64,000 nt of DNA from Octopus bimaculoides (taxonomy: Eukaryota). The DNA is taken from the NCBI RefSeq assembly GCF_001194135.2, contig NC_068989.1, forward strand, positions 22,467,050 to 22,531,049, written 5' to 3'. Made by a program: the position numbers and the translations under genes. The notes under the pieces are model-generated. The model was given only the letters and a program-made list of their open reading frames with translations, was not told where the DNA came from and ran no database searches. Below, one piece after another: positions 37,772 through 51,381 of this stretch (the stretch's first letter is position 1; each line of letters begins with the position of its first letter).

Positions 37772-39970
37772 ATTAAAATTATGATGATGATGCATTAAAT
37801 AAACTATTGACTTACCAGTCATGGTGTTCATATTGTTAATATAAGGGATATCACTTGAAAACATTTTTGTTCTTTTATAATCTACTATGATAATGCTCTT
37901 GTGTTTTTCTCAGTTACAACATGAATGAGAAAGTAAGCAGTGATAGATGAATAAGGAAGGAAGGGGTGATGACAAACTGGTGGGATGGTGAACATTCGAC
38001 ACTGATGAATTTATTAAGTACAAGGGGAAGAGACAAAATAGGATAATTGAGCTGACACTGTTGTATAACTAACTGGTACTGTTTTCTTGCAGATAGTAGA
38101 CTTAACATACTATTTGGTTTAATATCAACCATAGTCATAGAGTGCTTTAGCAAGGCTCACTCATTTACAAACATCCATATTAATCTCCAGTTCTTTCCCT
38201 GCAACACCATTTTCTTATAGATTGTTCAGGCTGAGCATTGGTCATATCAGTCTCATCAATCTGGGAGAGACTAACAGGAGCACTGTGTCTCCTCCTACTA
38301 AATACTATCCCTACAAATAGCAAAGATAAAGTGCCTTTACCACTATAACCTGAAATAAAGGGACAAGTAAAATTTGAACCGAGAAACACTGGCATGGCTT
38401 GGTGGCATGTAAAAAGCACCTTTTGGGCATTGGGGCACATGGAGGCAATGACAAATGACCGAGACCTTTGGCAATATGCTGTGCTTGACTAGAAGACCAA
38501 CCAGGCCAAGTGAAATTGTAGTCATGGCAGATACTGGTGTCATGTAACTGGCAACTGGTGGTATGTAAAAGCACTCATTACACTCTTGGAATGGTTAGCA
38601 TTAGGAAGGGCATCCAGCTGTAGAAACTATGTCAAATCAGACTGGAGTCTGGTGCCGCCCCTCAGCTTACCAGCCCTGGTCAAACCATCCAACCCATGGC
38701 AGTGTGATCAATGGACGTTAAATGATCATGATGATCTATGCCACTTCAATGTCTATATGGCCCAAAAACTTCCACTTCTTCACATATCTTCCTCAGTTTT
38801 CTTCAACTAGGACAACAACAAGGAACATTATAAAAGAAAATATACAGAATGGTACTGGAAATACAACTTCAATACTATAAATCAAACTTAGCAAGCTGTC
38901 TGACACTGTCCTAACTATTGGCTTCATCCTCATATGCCTCATCTGTATAATCATCATTATCATTATATATTCTAATACAAATATGTTGTTCATCTGATAA
39001 GTCCAGCAAAGCTCCAGTTTGATAGTGACTGATAACTGTGGCAGCTCAGAAGTCAAACACAGAAATAATTATCTTGGAATGGGGCAGTGAAAGAGAAGAG
39101 ATACGTTACATTAATTCCAACCATTACAATACATCTTTTATTTAAATGGTAGATATTATCACACATCCAATCCTGGCTATCACATCCCTTCTCTTATTAC
39201 AGTGATATATTAACCATTTACAATAAAAAAAAAAAAATGAAAAATTCAGAACAGTGGAGAAGGGACTACTAGAAACTTTAGGAATGAGTATATAAAATTA
39301 TTATTAGTATTATTGGCCTGGCAACTCAATCTAAATTAGTTTTTGTGGTAAACATTGATTAGATAACTTTTGTGTCATTTTTATTTTTATTTACATAATG
39401 TGTTAAACAGGAATATAATCTCCAGTCTTCTTGGAGGGCCATATTTCAACATATGTATCTTTTCTTCAAACGTGACCAATCTAACATGGTTTTGATATTT
39501 GCCCATCTAAGTTTTACATGTTTGTACATGTTTATTTCAATTCAGCTTTTACCAATATCTTATAATGAAATGTTTTAAACAGTCCTATTTGGTGTCCCTA
39601 TTGTTCATTTGTCTGTTTTTTTTTAAATCAAGCTATCCAAGGGAGACTATGAAGTAGGTTAAAAAGAGACAGACAAACAGAGAGGGAGGAGAAAGAGAGA
39701 GAAAGAGGAATCAGTCACTGTACTATCATATCTTACCATCTTAAAAGGGAAGGGATACATTGTACAAGATACTGTTAGCTATACAAAAAGATGGGATAAC
39801 TGCAGTTAGGCTACCTTTGAACACATCTCCTCTATCAGAGTTTAACTTTTGATTAAACAACATCTTTGGCAAGGTTTGAATTTAGATCTTTAATTTACAA
39901 AAACTCCTCGTTAAATTGGAATTAAAACGAGGTTTTAATTCACCAGGAACTTATCTAAACACTAAATTAC

Positions 39971-40174
39971 CCACTGGTTGTAGTTAACATAAAAATACTG
40001 CCAACTTGAATAAGAAATATGGAATTTCATTATTCCCATTTGAGTCTGTAAGACAACTTCAAAGTTAGATTTTGCAAACATCTTAACTTTAATATTTATC
40101 GGCTGTAGTCTTGGCTCCACAAGAATACATTATTACTCACTGCCAATTGCTCCCAGAAAATTCCAGAACGATAC
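39971..40174 (-). CDS. Candidate exon pair 40174-40141 and 40045-39971 separated by a 95-nt GT-AG intron
   Basis: Donors GTGAGT and GTAATT, acceptors TTATTCAG and TCTTACAG. Joined frame YRSGIFWEQLATQMGIMKFHISYSSWQYFYVNYNQW is open. No homology recognised. Confidence 0.3.
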
Positions 40175-40502
40175 CTGAATAAGTTGTTTATCTTTGCAGA
40201 TAACACAGGGGTGGGGAAGATGAGAAAAATTAATAAATTTTAAGCTACAGGCATTTTGTAGAAACAATTTGGAACAGTTCAATGCAGCACAACCACCCCA
40301 CCCCCCTCACCAACACAGCATAACTACAGAAAACTAAGTAGTTGCTACTTTCCCCTTCTACCACCAAGGTCCTGCCTGTAAACACGAAATGACTGAAACG
40401 AACCTGGAATGTTTCCAGATTATCAGATAAGTATAGAAGGGAGGGTATAAAAAAGTTTCACTGATATTCCAACACCAGTTACATATTAACCTTGTTTTTG
40501 AA

Positions 40503-40704
40503 GTTGTTTAGCCCCAGGTCAGCCTCTCCTAAACAGACCTAAAGATCAAAGACATTCCAGGCACAACTAGTGACTGCTCTACCTTCTTTTCAAACATAAT
40601 GTATCGAAGACTGAATTGTCCAATATGTCCTTTTTTAAAAAAAAAACATTATAGTGACTTGACGGCCTCTATTTCTAATAGGCTGAACAACTGTGTAGAG
40701 GCTC
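40503..40704 (-). mobile_element. Unnamed interspersed repeat ending in GGGGCTAAACAAC(AAC)n, probably a SINE/LINE 3' end
   Basis: Related copies at about 3660-3865, 7538-7670, 13690-13835, 15100-15320, 20680-20885, 22140-22230, 26190-26660, 28240-28435, 39720-39862 and 42420-42610. Confidence 0.7.
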
Positions 40705-41093
40705 TTTGAAAGTAATAATGGAACACACAGTAATCTGTTTTACAGTAGATATTTATATTTACTTGGTTTACTCTATGCACTAGCTAACTTTTCCACAACT
40801 TATCAATGACTTTGAAATAGAGATCGCATACTTTCATAGTTAAGGTTTATAAGAAATAGCATTCCCATAAAATACACAAAAATATTCCCAACCTGGATGT
40901 TGATTTAAGTAGCATCAATAGAACTACCTATTCAAATTTGAGCCAATGGCAGAACCTCTGTAGAGCTTATCACTAACTCAAATTTTTAGGGGTTTTATTT
41001 TCCATCCCAGTATGGTAGGATTAACACGTTATCCCATTTAAAATTACTACCTGGTTTTTAATATATCTTTAGTTAATTTTAATTGACTGTCAG

Positions 41094-41220
41094 CATTTTG
41101 GAGAAAAAAGTCTTGGTTCCTTCCTGCTTCTGATTTTACTGGCGACATTGACCCTCAGAAGATTCAGGCTGGAGATTTAGACTCAACACTCTCTGGAATT
41201 GTGGCATATAAAAATCACGA
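41094..41220 (+). CDS. Candidate coding exon (FWRKKSWFLPASDFTGDIDPQKIQAGDLDSTLSGIVAYKNH)
   Basis: CAG acceptor and coding-like codon pattern (G-rich first position, T/A-rich third). Donor GTACAC is weak. Confidence 0.4.
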
Positions 41221-41320
41221 GTACACTCTCTCCTCCCTAACAAACTTATATATATATATATATATATATTTCAAAAATTTAATAGAAACACAACAAACGG
41301 AAATATTATAAAAATATAAA

Positions 41321-41719
41321 CAGGCGCAGGTAAGTAGCTTGCTTACCAACCGCATGGTTTCGGGTTCAGTCCCACTGCGTGGCACCTTGGGCATGTGTCT
41401 TCTACTATAGCCTCGGGCCGACCAAAGCCTTGTGAGTGGATTTGGTAGACGGAAACTGAAAGAAGCCTGTCGTATATATGTATATGTATATATATGTATG
41501 TATGTGTGTTTGTGTCTGGGCTTGTCCTACCACCATCGCTTGACAACCGATGCTGCTGTGTTTACGTCCCCGTAACTTAGCGGTTCGGCAAAAAGAGACC
41601 GATAGAATAAGTACTAGGCTTACAAAGAATAAGTCCTGGGGTCGATTTTCTCGACTAAAGGCGGTGCTCCATCATGGCCGCAGTCAAATGACTGAAACAA
41701 GTAAAAGAGTAAAAGAGTA
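41321..41719 (+). mobile_element. OR-type SINE, young CpG-rich copy with a short 5' deletion
   Basis: Collinear with the other copies. AGTGGCTGTGTGG is missing from the head. Confidence 0.92.
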
Positions 41720-44076
41720 AATTTGTTGCTTATTCCTCATCAGCCAACATCCAAGAGATCATTACAATATATATACATAAGGCAATCTCATATTTCATAT
41801 AAATATCTATCATTAATGTATATACTAACACCATATTATGAAAGAATACTGATGTAGAGTATACTATAAAAACTCTACATTGTGAGCCATATTGACATTA
41901 AACTTCTTCAGTAACACATAAATTGCAGTTTAATAAGAAAATAACATACAGTATAGCCTTACAAAAGACTTGTGAAATAGTATCAACAACATACAACCAC
42001 TACAGCTGTCTGACTGAGAAGTGAAGAAGTATAAGCACAATGTTTAGTTGTTAATCATAAATGAGTATGACTTGGTAGCTTGTATTATGTTTTCACTAAT
42101 TGATTTGGGTACCTGGGTAGATACAAATAGCAAGCATAGATTGTCTCTCAGCCCTCCTACCTTTGTCCCAATGGAACATCAAGGATGTGACAACTACAGG
42201 GAGAGAGATCTGTACCAGCAGTTGACTGGTACTTATTGTCAGCTGAGTAGCCATTAAGTAATGTGAAATGTAATGCCTTACTTAAAGACAAAACATCTTA
42301 CCTGGTCTCAAACTGAACCCCTCAGCCTACCAATCTAATCCATGCACTTTCACAGTATAGGCGTAACATACTTCATAAACATTACTCAATAAGTGACTTG
42401 TGAAATATCATACAAGTTACTGTTGTTGTTTAACCCCAGGCCAGTCCTGGTTGAGCAGGCCTGTAATCAAAGGTATTCGAGCTAAGATCACTCCAGCCAT
42501 ATTTGAAGAATAATGTATCTAAAACACCGTTATTTTGAATATGCATGTTTTCTTTTGAAGATAGTAAGGATGTGATTTTGTTAATATTTGTAGCAAATTG
42601 AGTAATCACTATGAGATACTCTTTTTACATGCATGCAAACAACATAGTAATATTATAAGGTATTTAAACGATTGTAACTGCAATATAGCAATCTTTATAT
42701 CTTACTTAACATGGATATACTAATAGAAAGCCACAATTCTGCAGTATTCATCTAGAGAAGGCATCTTGTATAAATGTATAGTGCTAAAAGGCACAGAAAT
42801 ATCAGTAGCAGACAAAAATGTCCAGTATTGGCAGAAAAATTGCTAGATCATGTGATTTTTGCATGTACGCTCATCCTCAGTACCAGCTATCCACTATTAC
42901 CACATGCTTAGGCAAATTTCCCCATATAGTGATATAGAGAAAAACATTGACTAATCAGTCACTGGTGTGACAAATAGCTGACAGATTGGACAAAAATTAA
43001 TTATTAGCAAAAGAAGCAGTATTAGTACCAAAAAGCAATCTGAATATTTTACTTAATGTGGTTATACTAAGAGAAAGCCACAATATCAAGGTATTTGGCT
43101 GTGGCTTTCTGTTTGTATATCCATCTGTAAGATATACAGATGCCTTTTTGGTACAAATACTGCTTCCATTACCAATAATGAAACTACAATATATTTTGCA
43201 TTATATGGTGCAATATATTGTACTATGTAGCACAATTCATTGAAACATATAGTACAATATATTGTTCAATAACATAGCTACAATAATTTGAAGCAGCAGT
43301 GGTGATATAGAAGTGATTAATTAGAGTGGTGTGAGGATAAATAAAATATGTATGTGACATATTGGTAGAGTTTAATGAGACAGGTAAGGTTCGTGAATAA
43401 CTAGTGAAATAATGGGAGGAGATGAAGTGAGGAGGAAGGGATGAAGGAAGCAAAAATGGAAGAAAAGAGAATAGAATGAAAAAGAATTTTAAAAAATGGC
43501 AGAGAATATACAGTGGGAGTGATGGCAGCAAAAATAAATGAATGAATAAATAAGCAAAACAAAAAGTAAGACATAAGAGAAATTTCCCTATTAACCAAAA
43601 ATGAAATGGTCCATCTCGAAAGCTTTGATTTTTTTTGTTCCTGTGTCAGACAGATTTTTAGTGAAGTGACACTATTATTACTCCTTTGCTTTGCCTCTAG
43701 TGTTGACTATTTACAGCAGAATAGAATCAGTTGACAAGTAGAAAAAGAAAAACAAACTCAAAGGAACCTGGTGATTTTGTTTTTGTATTTCTTCTACCTT
43801 AGAGTGAACACCATCATAGTAACCAAATTCTAATTAAAGAATTGGACACTCCTTGTGCAAAACAGTTGTGCAAAACAAGCTGTTCATTAGCAAGAATATA
43901 TAACACGGAAAAAAATCATCTCATAATATACATGAAATTATTATCATCTATTATAGGCACAAGCATGTCTGTCTGGTAAGAAGTTTGTTTCTCAAGTCCA
44001 GTCCCCCTATAAGGTACCTTGGGTAAGTGTCTTCTACTATGGAAACTGAAAGAAGCTCATTGTGTGTGTGTGAGTA

Positions 44077-44352
44077 TCATACAGACAAGAAACTAATTTT
44101 CCAAATGCAGTATAGCCATGAAAACAGCAGAAACAGTGGGTATTTTACTCTTATATGACAGAAAAAGCTGACAGCAACAGCTAGTGTTAATTTGGCAGAA
44201 ATTGTTGTCAAAGGGCATTTTGCTTAATTGGTAGAGTATTCAGCTGGTATCTGGGAGGTGCAGGTTCACGTCCTGTGGAGGAAAAATACCCAATCTTTCT
44301 ACTGTTTTCATGGCTATAATGCATTCAAAATATTATTTTCTTGTCTGTATGA
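44077..44352. mobile_element. Fold-back element with a central tRNA-like cassette (family B, copy 2)
   Basis: 70-bp inverted repeat 44077-44146 / 44283-44352. Core about 44215-44277, TTGGTAGAGTATTCAGCTGGTATCTG, homologous to 32970-33042. Confidence 0.7.
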
Positions 44353-44409
44353 TTCAATACACATTCGACACTTCCAAAAGCAAAAGAAGTTTCTTTACAT
44401 ATGTTGTTG

Positions 44410-44501
<92 letters not shown>

Positions 44502-45037
44502 TCACCTTGATATTAGGTGATCACTGTAAATGAGTGTTTCCACCATGCAAGCAGTGTCCTTTGTTTCACGGAGAAATATTACCATGTTTGGAAACAGGTG
44601 AGGGCTAGCTGTAGAAAATCCTACTCAACAAATTCCATCCAACCCATGCAGGTATGGGAAAGTAGATGTTAAAATGATAACAATAATGATAGTATATATA
44701 TACATATAAATATACATACAAATATGTACATTACACTATATTAGAAATTTAACTATGTTCAAGTTTGATCTACCTTATTAAGAATTTTTCATATTTCCTT
44801 ATTTATCTTTTATGGCTGGTTTGGAACAACAACATTCATTAATCCACGAGTCTGATATTTCGAGCTTTTTCACAATTTCATTTGCAAAATAAATTGTTGA
44901 TATGTTGTCTGCACACTTTGCAGTGAGTTACAAAGGACTTGGGGATTTTGTAAATGACATTTTTAAAGTTTCAAACCATCAGATTAATCAGTTTAGGACT
45001 GTTAAAAAATATATGCACAAAAATTCTTTAGTAAAAA

Positions 45038-45926
45038 CAGGATGTGATGGGTAAATTGTCGCCATTTAAAATTTTTAATTTTGTGTATGCGTATAGTTTG
45101 TCTTTGATTTCGTCAACTACACAGTTTGGTAGGGTCAGTTGAGCACCATCTATGAGATAAAACAGCAACATGACACAATTCACTTTGCCAGAAATTTGCA
45201 AACAAGCTGTGCTGCTTGGCATTCACGCTGGAAGCTCCAATACAAATGGTGAACACACAGAACAACCACTGGCTTGTCATGTCCCCAAATGATGTACCAA
45301 GAGTGATAAAAATCAAACACCCAGTTAACATCATGGTGTTTGGAGTGATCATTAGTGATGGCAATGTTATGCCTCCATCTTCCTACAGTCTCAGAATCAA
45401 CACAGCGTCAGACTCTACATCAAGTGCCTGGAGGAGGTAGTACTGCCCTGGGTCAAGAGGGTGGCTGCTGGAAGATCCTATGTCTGGCCACAGGACTCTG
45501 CACTATGCCACACAAGCAGGAGAACCCAGTTATGGCTGTCAGACAATTTTCTGTGATCACATCACCCCTAACATTTGGCCACCTAACTCTCCAAACTGCA
45601 ACTTCCTTGATTATTATTATGATGGGAGCGCAGTTGAGCAAAAGACCAACAAAACTCCTTGTAACACCAAAGATGAACTGAAGGCAAGACATTATTATGG
45701 CAGCATTCACCAACTTAAACAAGGATACAGTCCAGAAGAGTTGCAGGAGATTCCAAAGTCATCTGGAAGCTGTGGTTGAAACCAATGGCGATTTTATTGA
45801 ATAAATTTACTCTTAGTATTTCAAGATATTTTTATGTAATTTTGGTAAATATATCCGTTAAAATGAGATGTCAGTGTTATTTTCATTTTTGCGTAATTTA
45901 GACGACAGTTTATTCACCGCAGCCTG
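45038..45926 (+). mobile_element. Internally deleted Tc1/mariner element of the maT (DD37D-like) type
   Basis: Imperfect TIRs CAGGATGTGATGGGTAAATTGTCG / rc CAGGCTGCGGTGAATAAACTGTCG with a 3' TA. Frameshifted transposase motifs IMVFGVIISDGNVMPP, WPPNSPNCNFLDYY and RRFQSHLEAVVETNGDFIE*. Confidence 0.88.
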
Positions 45927-46589
45927 TAGATCAAACTTCATAACAATTGTGTTTTTAATATTACAAAGGCGGTGAACTTGCAGAATCATTAGCACACTAG
46001 GCAAAAAACTTAGCAGCATTTCATTTGTCCTTATGTTCTGAGTTCAAATTCCACCAAGGTCAACTTTGCCTTTTATCTTTTCGGACTTGATAAAATATGT
46101 CTCAGTTGTACACTGAGGCTGATGTAATTGATGTATCCCTTCCCTGTAAATTGCTGGCCTTGAGCCAAAATTTGAAACCAATATTACATGCCTGATAGGA
46201 AAGCTGTTCACTATTTACACACACAAACATTTATATATTAGCAAAATTTAACACAGACAACAGATAAAATGTAGAGGACAAGATGGAAACATGGAAATCA
46301 TTCCCTCTCATCAGCTGTTGACTGAAGAACAAAGCAATTTCAGCATGTTATCAAGAGGATTTCTTATCTCAGAATGCCTGGGAGAGGTATATTGTGGGAG
46401 GAAATGCTAATTTGAAATTAAAGTGTCTACTTATTCCAAAGGCTTTCAAGGGCTCTATGCTAAATTTAATCAAATAAAAAGGCTTGGACGATATGAGTCG
46501 TTTTCAAGATCGGTTTATAAACAGTTTTTCCATACTATAGAAAGACACAGTAATATATCCAACATAGCATTGCTTTGTAAATCAGTGGC

Positions 46590-46990
46590 TTTACAGGTTT
46601 TCCACCAGCAGAAAGTTTACAAGATCAGTAAGATATTGTGACTGGCAAATTGTGTAAGATTTGAAGATGTCATAGAAGACAATATAGTCGAGTTGTTGGA
46701 GTCCCTTGGAGACACTTCAACTAATGAGGAACTGAAGGTCCTCATTACAAGAACAAGCTGCAAGAGAAGAAAAGGTTATAAATCTCTCCTTACATCAACT
46801 CACTTGACAAAGAATGTGCTTAAAGTACAAGCAATTATAGGGAAAAGTCTATAAGTCTTTAATGACAACAATTGATGTATATTATACGCTTAGCCTCTAG
46901 ACTAAACTGTACAATGTAATGGTGCACCAATAAATGTCAAACACCTTTGAATATGTTCTTCACCTCTCTAGTAGATGATGATGATGATCT
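46590..46990 (+). mobile_element. Tigger/pogo transposase C-terminal relic
   Basis: From 46660 reads FEDVIEDNIVELLESLGDTSTNEELKV, matching the Tigger1-like FEDVxEDDVxELLxSHxEELTNEEL motif. Confidence 0.6.
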
Positions 46991-49694
46991 ACAAAGCAGA
47001 AAATAGTCCTCTGCTTCCTCCATGGAACTCCTAATGCACCACCATTTATCACAAAACAATATTCTTAATCAATGCAAGATTAATACTTGTATTCTTATTT
47101 ATTTCCAAGTAATTCTTCTTCAACTTTTATTAATGAATAGACATTATACTGTAATGTGTGCATGTTAAAAATTTGATATTTTCATATATAAAAGTGGTTT
47201 TGTTGTTTTCTTTCCACACCTAAACTTCCACTCAGAAAATATTCCATGAGAATGCATCTTAATTCATAACATGGAAACCAATGGAAAAATAGGTTTTACA
47301 TTACAGAATTCCATTAAGACAAGATTTTTCAGGAACACCGAATTTCATAGCATGGGGTATGTAATTCAAAAGCTAATGAAATATCTTGCTTCAAAGACAA
47401 AAAGAAAAGTGACCCTTTGTCTTAATCTACCAAATGACATTTTCTACGGGTTTTAGGTGGATTATGTAGTGATTAAGAATTTGCTGCCGTCTTTAAGACA
47501 GATTTATAGAGTGAATTTAATAGGAATTGGTCAATATTTAATTAGTGGTTTATAAAGTAGCTTCCAACTGATAGGAAATTAAAACAGTGTATAATAAACT
47601 AGGTGAATGTCAGACATACATAAAAGACTAAAATTCTAAGCATTATATATACCATCTCCATTTGCACAGCACACACACAAAAAAAAAAATATCCATCATA
47701 ATAATCAAAACAAATAAACTAAAAATTATTCATCTGAAAGACAATTCAAACATTTAGTCAAAATAATGAAAACATGTCAGTTATTTACAAACAGTTCTGT
47801 TAGTCTAGGCTTCCGAGCATTCTTCTATTATTACAAACTACAAAATTTTAAATATGAGAATGTCTATGAAGTCATTCTGCCTGCTAAACATAGCAGCCAG
47901 ATCAATTGACTTAAATGAGAAAATATCCATTGGAAAAAGAACATACAACTGCATAGAAAGGCAAGAAAGTCGTGGACTAAAATACTTCTTACTTCAAGTT
48001 AAGAGACTTTCTGTTCCAAGAAGCTACACATACACTATACTGTTCAGGTAACATGTTCAATTACATTGCAATAATACCATTTTTAAGACCCAAGTCTCAT
48101 TCAGCAGTGAACAGTAAGAAGAAACACCATCACATTAGAGAGAAAGGAATTGAAAAGGGATTAAAATTGTTATCTTTGATTTCTCTGTATTAGTATTTCA
48201 TAACTATGCAAATTGTTGTTGTAACTTAGCATTAGCTCAGCTGTGATTAAGCTGTTCTATAACTATGAAAAAAGATGGTTTCAGCTATAACCATCCAGTC
48301 TTCTTTTTTTTGTTGAGCCCTAGTATAGATTTGAACAACAGCGCAAAATCTCATTTGGTTTCTGGTTGCTTTTGTAAAGTGATAGGAAGTGGTTTCAGGG
48401 AGATTTCTAACAAGTCGAGCGATTCCATAGAGGCTTTCTTGTTATGTTGACCTATATTATAAGATATGTTAGCTGAAAGGAGCCAACATGAATGAAACTA
48501 TGCAAATGGCTTAATTGTCCAACTTTTAACTTCTCACCTACTTACAGCTGCTTCAACACTTAAAACATAACACCCTGGCTTTCACTCCTAGTTGTCAACC
48601 AAATTATGAACAAGAAATGATGTTTGGTTTCTTTTGCTTTTAAACTTCAATGACTATGTTAAAATTACTATAATTTGCCAATATAGCATGTAACTGAAAC
48701 CTGCAAGATTAGAATGAAACAAAATAAAAGTCAGCATCTCTCACATAGCTTTAATAGTAATCTATTTAATTATCCTTTTAGTTGCTTTTAAGAGTTGGTT
48801 TTTAAAACCAGATCAGAGCAACACCAATCTATATTAACTCTATTGTCAAAAATTTTAACCAACTGATCACATTGCAATTATTTCCCTTGTTGGTTGGTTG
48901 GAATTTAATTACTCCTAGAAGGATTTTTGGTCTCTTTATTGTTTAGACAATTTCAGTTTATCAATGTTTCTCAATTCGGTACATGACTTGTGAGATCTCC
49001 TGTATTTATATTGAATATGTAGAACAGTATTTTCCTTCAAAACCATTCTACTCATATTCATACATAACATCACTTCATTTTCTCTATACCTGTGTGTGTG
49101 TTTTATATATAAGAAATATATATGTGGAATAAACTACCCACATTAATCGTTGGCTGTTGAAACACTACATCCTTCAAAACTTCCATGTTATATAAGAAAC
49201 CTACCAGTATTTGTGGTATATATACATGTTTGTATCCATTTTCTCTTTACTCAATGAAACAATTTTATTCTGCTTCTAGACTAACATTAAGATGAAGTCC
49301 TTTTCTATGTCTCATTCACTAAGGTCTGCATATTTGAGTTTAAATTGAGGCAGTCAATAGTATAAACCTCATTTCCATCATCTTAGACTAAGAGTAACAA
49401 AACTTGCTGTCTTGCAATTGCTAAAAGCTTTAACAGCCAAAATTCATAAAAACATATTTTAGGATTCAGAGTCGGAGTCTTGCTGGGACATCCTAGACTA
49501 GTGGGTCTAGGAAGAAGAAACTATAACTGATGGTTAACTGTTTACCACTACTTCAATCTTCAGAGGCCAATGTCTGCTAGTGGACAACCACCTTAGGTAT
49601 TACTCACAGACCCAGTGTTCTTAATTTCTTTGGTGGCAGTCTTCCAATATAGAACCATCAGCCTGATGTATCTTTAACAAACATTGAACTACAA

Positions 49695-49936
49695 CAGTAG
49701 TTTTCAAACATTTTTTGCTTATGGACCCCTTTAATTCCAGTTTTACTCAGGCAACAGGGACCCTCATAGCCATTCAATGTCTAAAAACTTCTATTCTATC
49801 TTTATGAATAAATGTTGTTAGGGACCATATAAAAAAATATTTAGTGTATTGTAGAAATATAACCAGTTTATTGCACATAAAATTTAACAACTAAATCTTG
49901 TACAAAAGCCATATGGACCCCAGTTGAGAACCACTA
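49695..49936. mobile_element. hAT (Charlie-like) MITE, same family as 142-344
   Basis: Ends CAGTAGTTTTCAAAC / GTTGAGAACCACTA. Degraded 8-bp TSD aactacaa / gactatac. Confidence 0.8.
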
Positions 49937-50995
49937 GACTATACAAAAGAATGTGAAGTAGGATACAAAGTCAATTTTATTACAAGCATCAAGACCAGGT
50001 CTCTGGTCTGAGGATAACTCAGACCAGAGTCTGTAATGATGCTTTGCCTAATCCACCCAAAAGCTAGGCGATTGTGTAAAGTCTGGTGACATAAAATCTC
50101 TAGCCAAACTATTACAAAGATTTGCACCCAAGTGGGAATGAGAGAAGTAAAATGGCTAAATCACAAAACAAAGTCATCAGAGAACAAAAGTGATAAATTT
50201 GAAGCAAATTTAAATAGCATACCAGAGAATTTAGAAAAGTATTTTGTTTCTTTGGAAAACAAATAGTTGTGTGAAATTAATTTACATAGACATAATGAGC
50301 ATTGAAATGATTTTTATTACATTATGTATTAATTCTTCCATGGAAGAATTGACATAAAATTGGGCAAAGATGGTATGTAAAGATTAACACGTGCTGTGAA
50401 AAAGTTTTGTTATCATACCAGAAATTGCGATGTGATAAACTAGTTAACAATGTAATTTTCATTTCATTATTTTATTTGAATTTTATTTATTTATTTTTTC
50501 TTATTTACAGACTTAAGCAGAATTTTAATATTTTATCTAAAGAAAAATAAAAATAAAATGAAAATATTTAAGCAATTCAGTGAATAAAAAAATAAATAAA
50601 TATTTTCACAATCTAATAATGAAATAAAAATGTAAAGAGGAGAGAAACAACATGTTTAATTGAAGATTGCAATAACAAACTTTAAATAAATTTAATATAG
50701 GGAGTCTTGACGTCACAGTAATGAAAACAATTTAGACAAACTAAATTTTAGCCATTTAAAAGAGTTGAATGTTAATCTTTTTATTAATTAAACACACAAA
50801 ATATTCTACTTCTACTTAAATGAATATTTATACTCTAGATGAATACATTTAATAAAAATAGATTGGAAATAAAGGAGTAGAGCTGCTAATGGTTAACTTA
50901 ACTCAAAGGTTCTATTAGAGAAGAATAAAATCACATGGAAGATTATTTAAATATTAGAAAGCCAAGCAATAAGAGAAATGTAAAAATGTAAACAT

Positions 50996-51284
50996 ATTCC
51001 TTCTATGCTTTTATTGTACAGAAAAAAAGAGAGGGAGTCTCCTGATGGACCACTGTTAAATTAATGAGAAGCTGCTGAAAGCAAAAGCATGCAAATTAAG
51101 CTATCAGTTATGGTAGTGTCTAATTTCTGACTGCATTATATAACAGATGGATATTCCATGCTACTGAAGAGTGAAGGAAACCAGGTATGTCTTTCTTTGA
51201 AGAGCAATCAACAAACCTTGAAACAGTTCATCAAGAGACTCCCCCATTCTTTTTTTCCCTGTACATCAAAAGCATAGAAGGAAT
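50996..51284. mobile_element. MITE with about 55-bp inverted ends
   Basis: ATTCCTTCTATGCTTTT..TGTACAG..GGGAGTCTC at 50996-51049 is mirrored at 51227-51284. Core is shared with 12340-12880. Confidence 0.75.
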
Positions 51285-51381
51285 CTATTCATGTATTTAC
51301 ACTCTCATAATTTTCTCAAAGCTAGGCTTTCTAATATTTAATTTTAATTCAGTCCTTCTGGTTCAGGTAATATTATACATA

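Noticed and set aside
47215-47470. Possible MITE with inverted ends
   Set aside because: The similarity between ends is too short and gapped to support.
48340-48465. Minus-strand terminal exon candidate (NISYNIGQHNKKASMESLDLLEISLKPLP...)
   Set aside because: Only an acceptor and a short open frame. Such stretches are common by chance in AT-rich DNA (likewise about 44790-44915 and 10735-10830).
50708-50715. Perfect CRE site TGACGTCA
   Set aside because: One 8-mer in 64 kb is near chance expectation and there is no promoter context.
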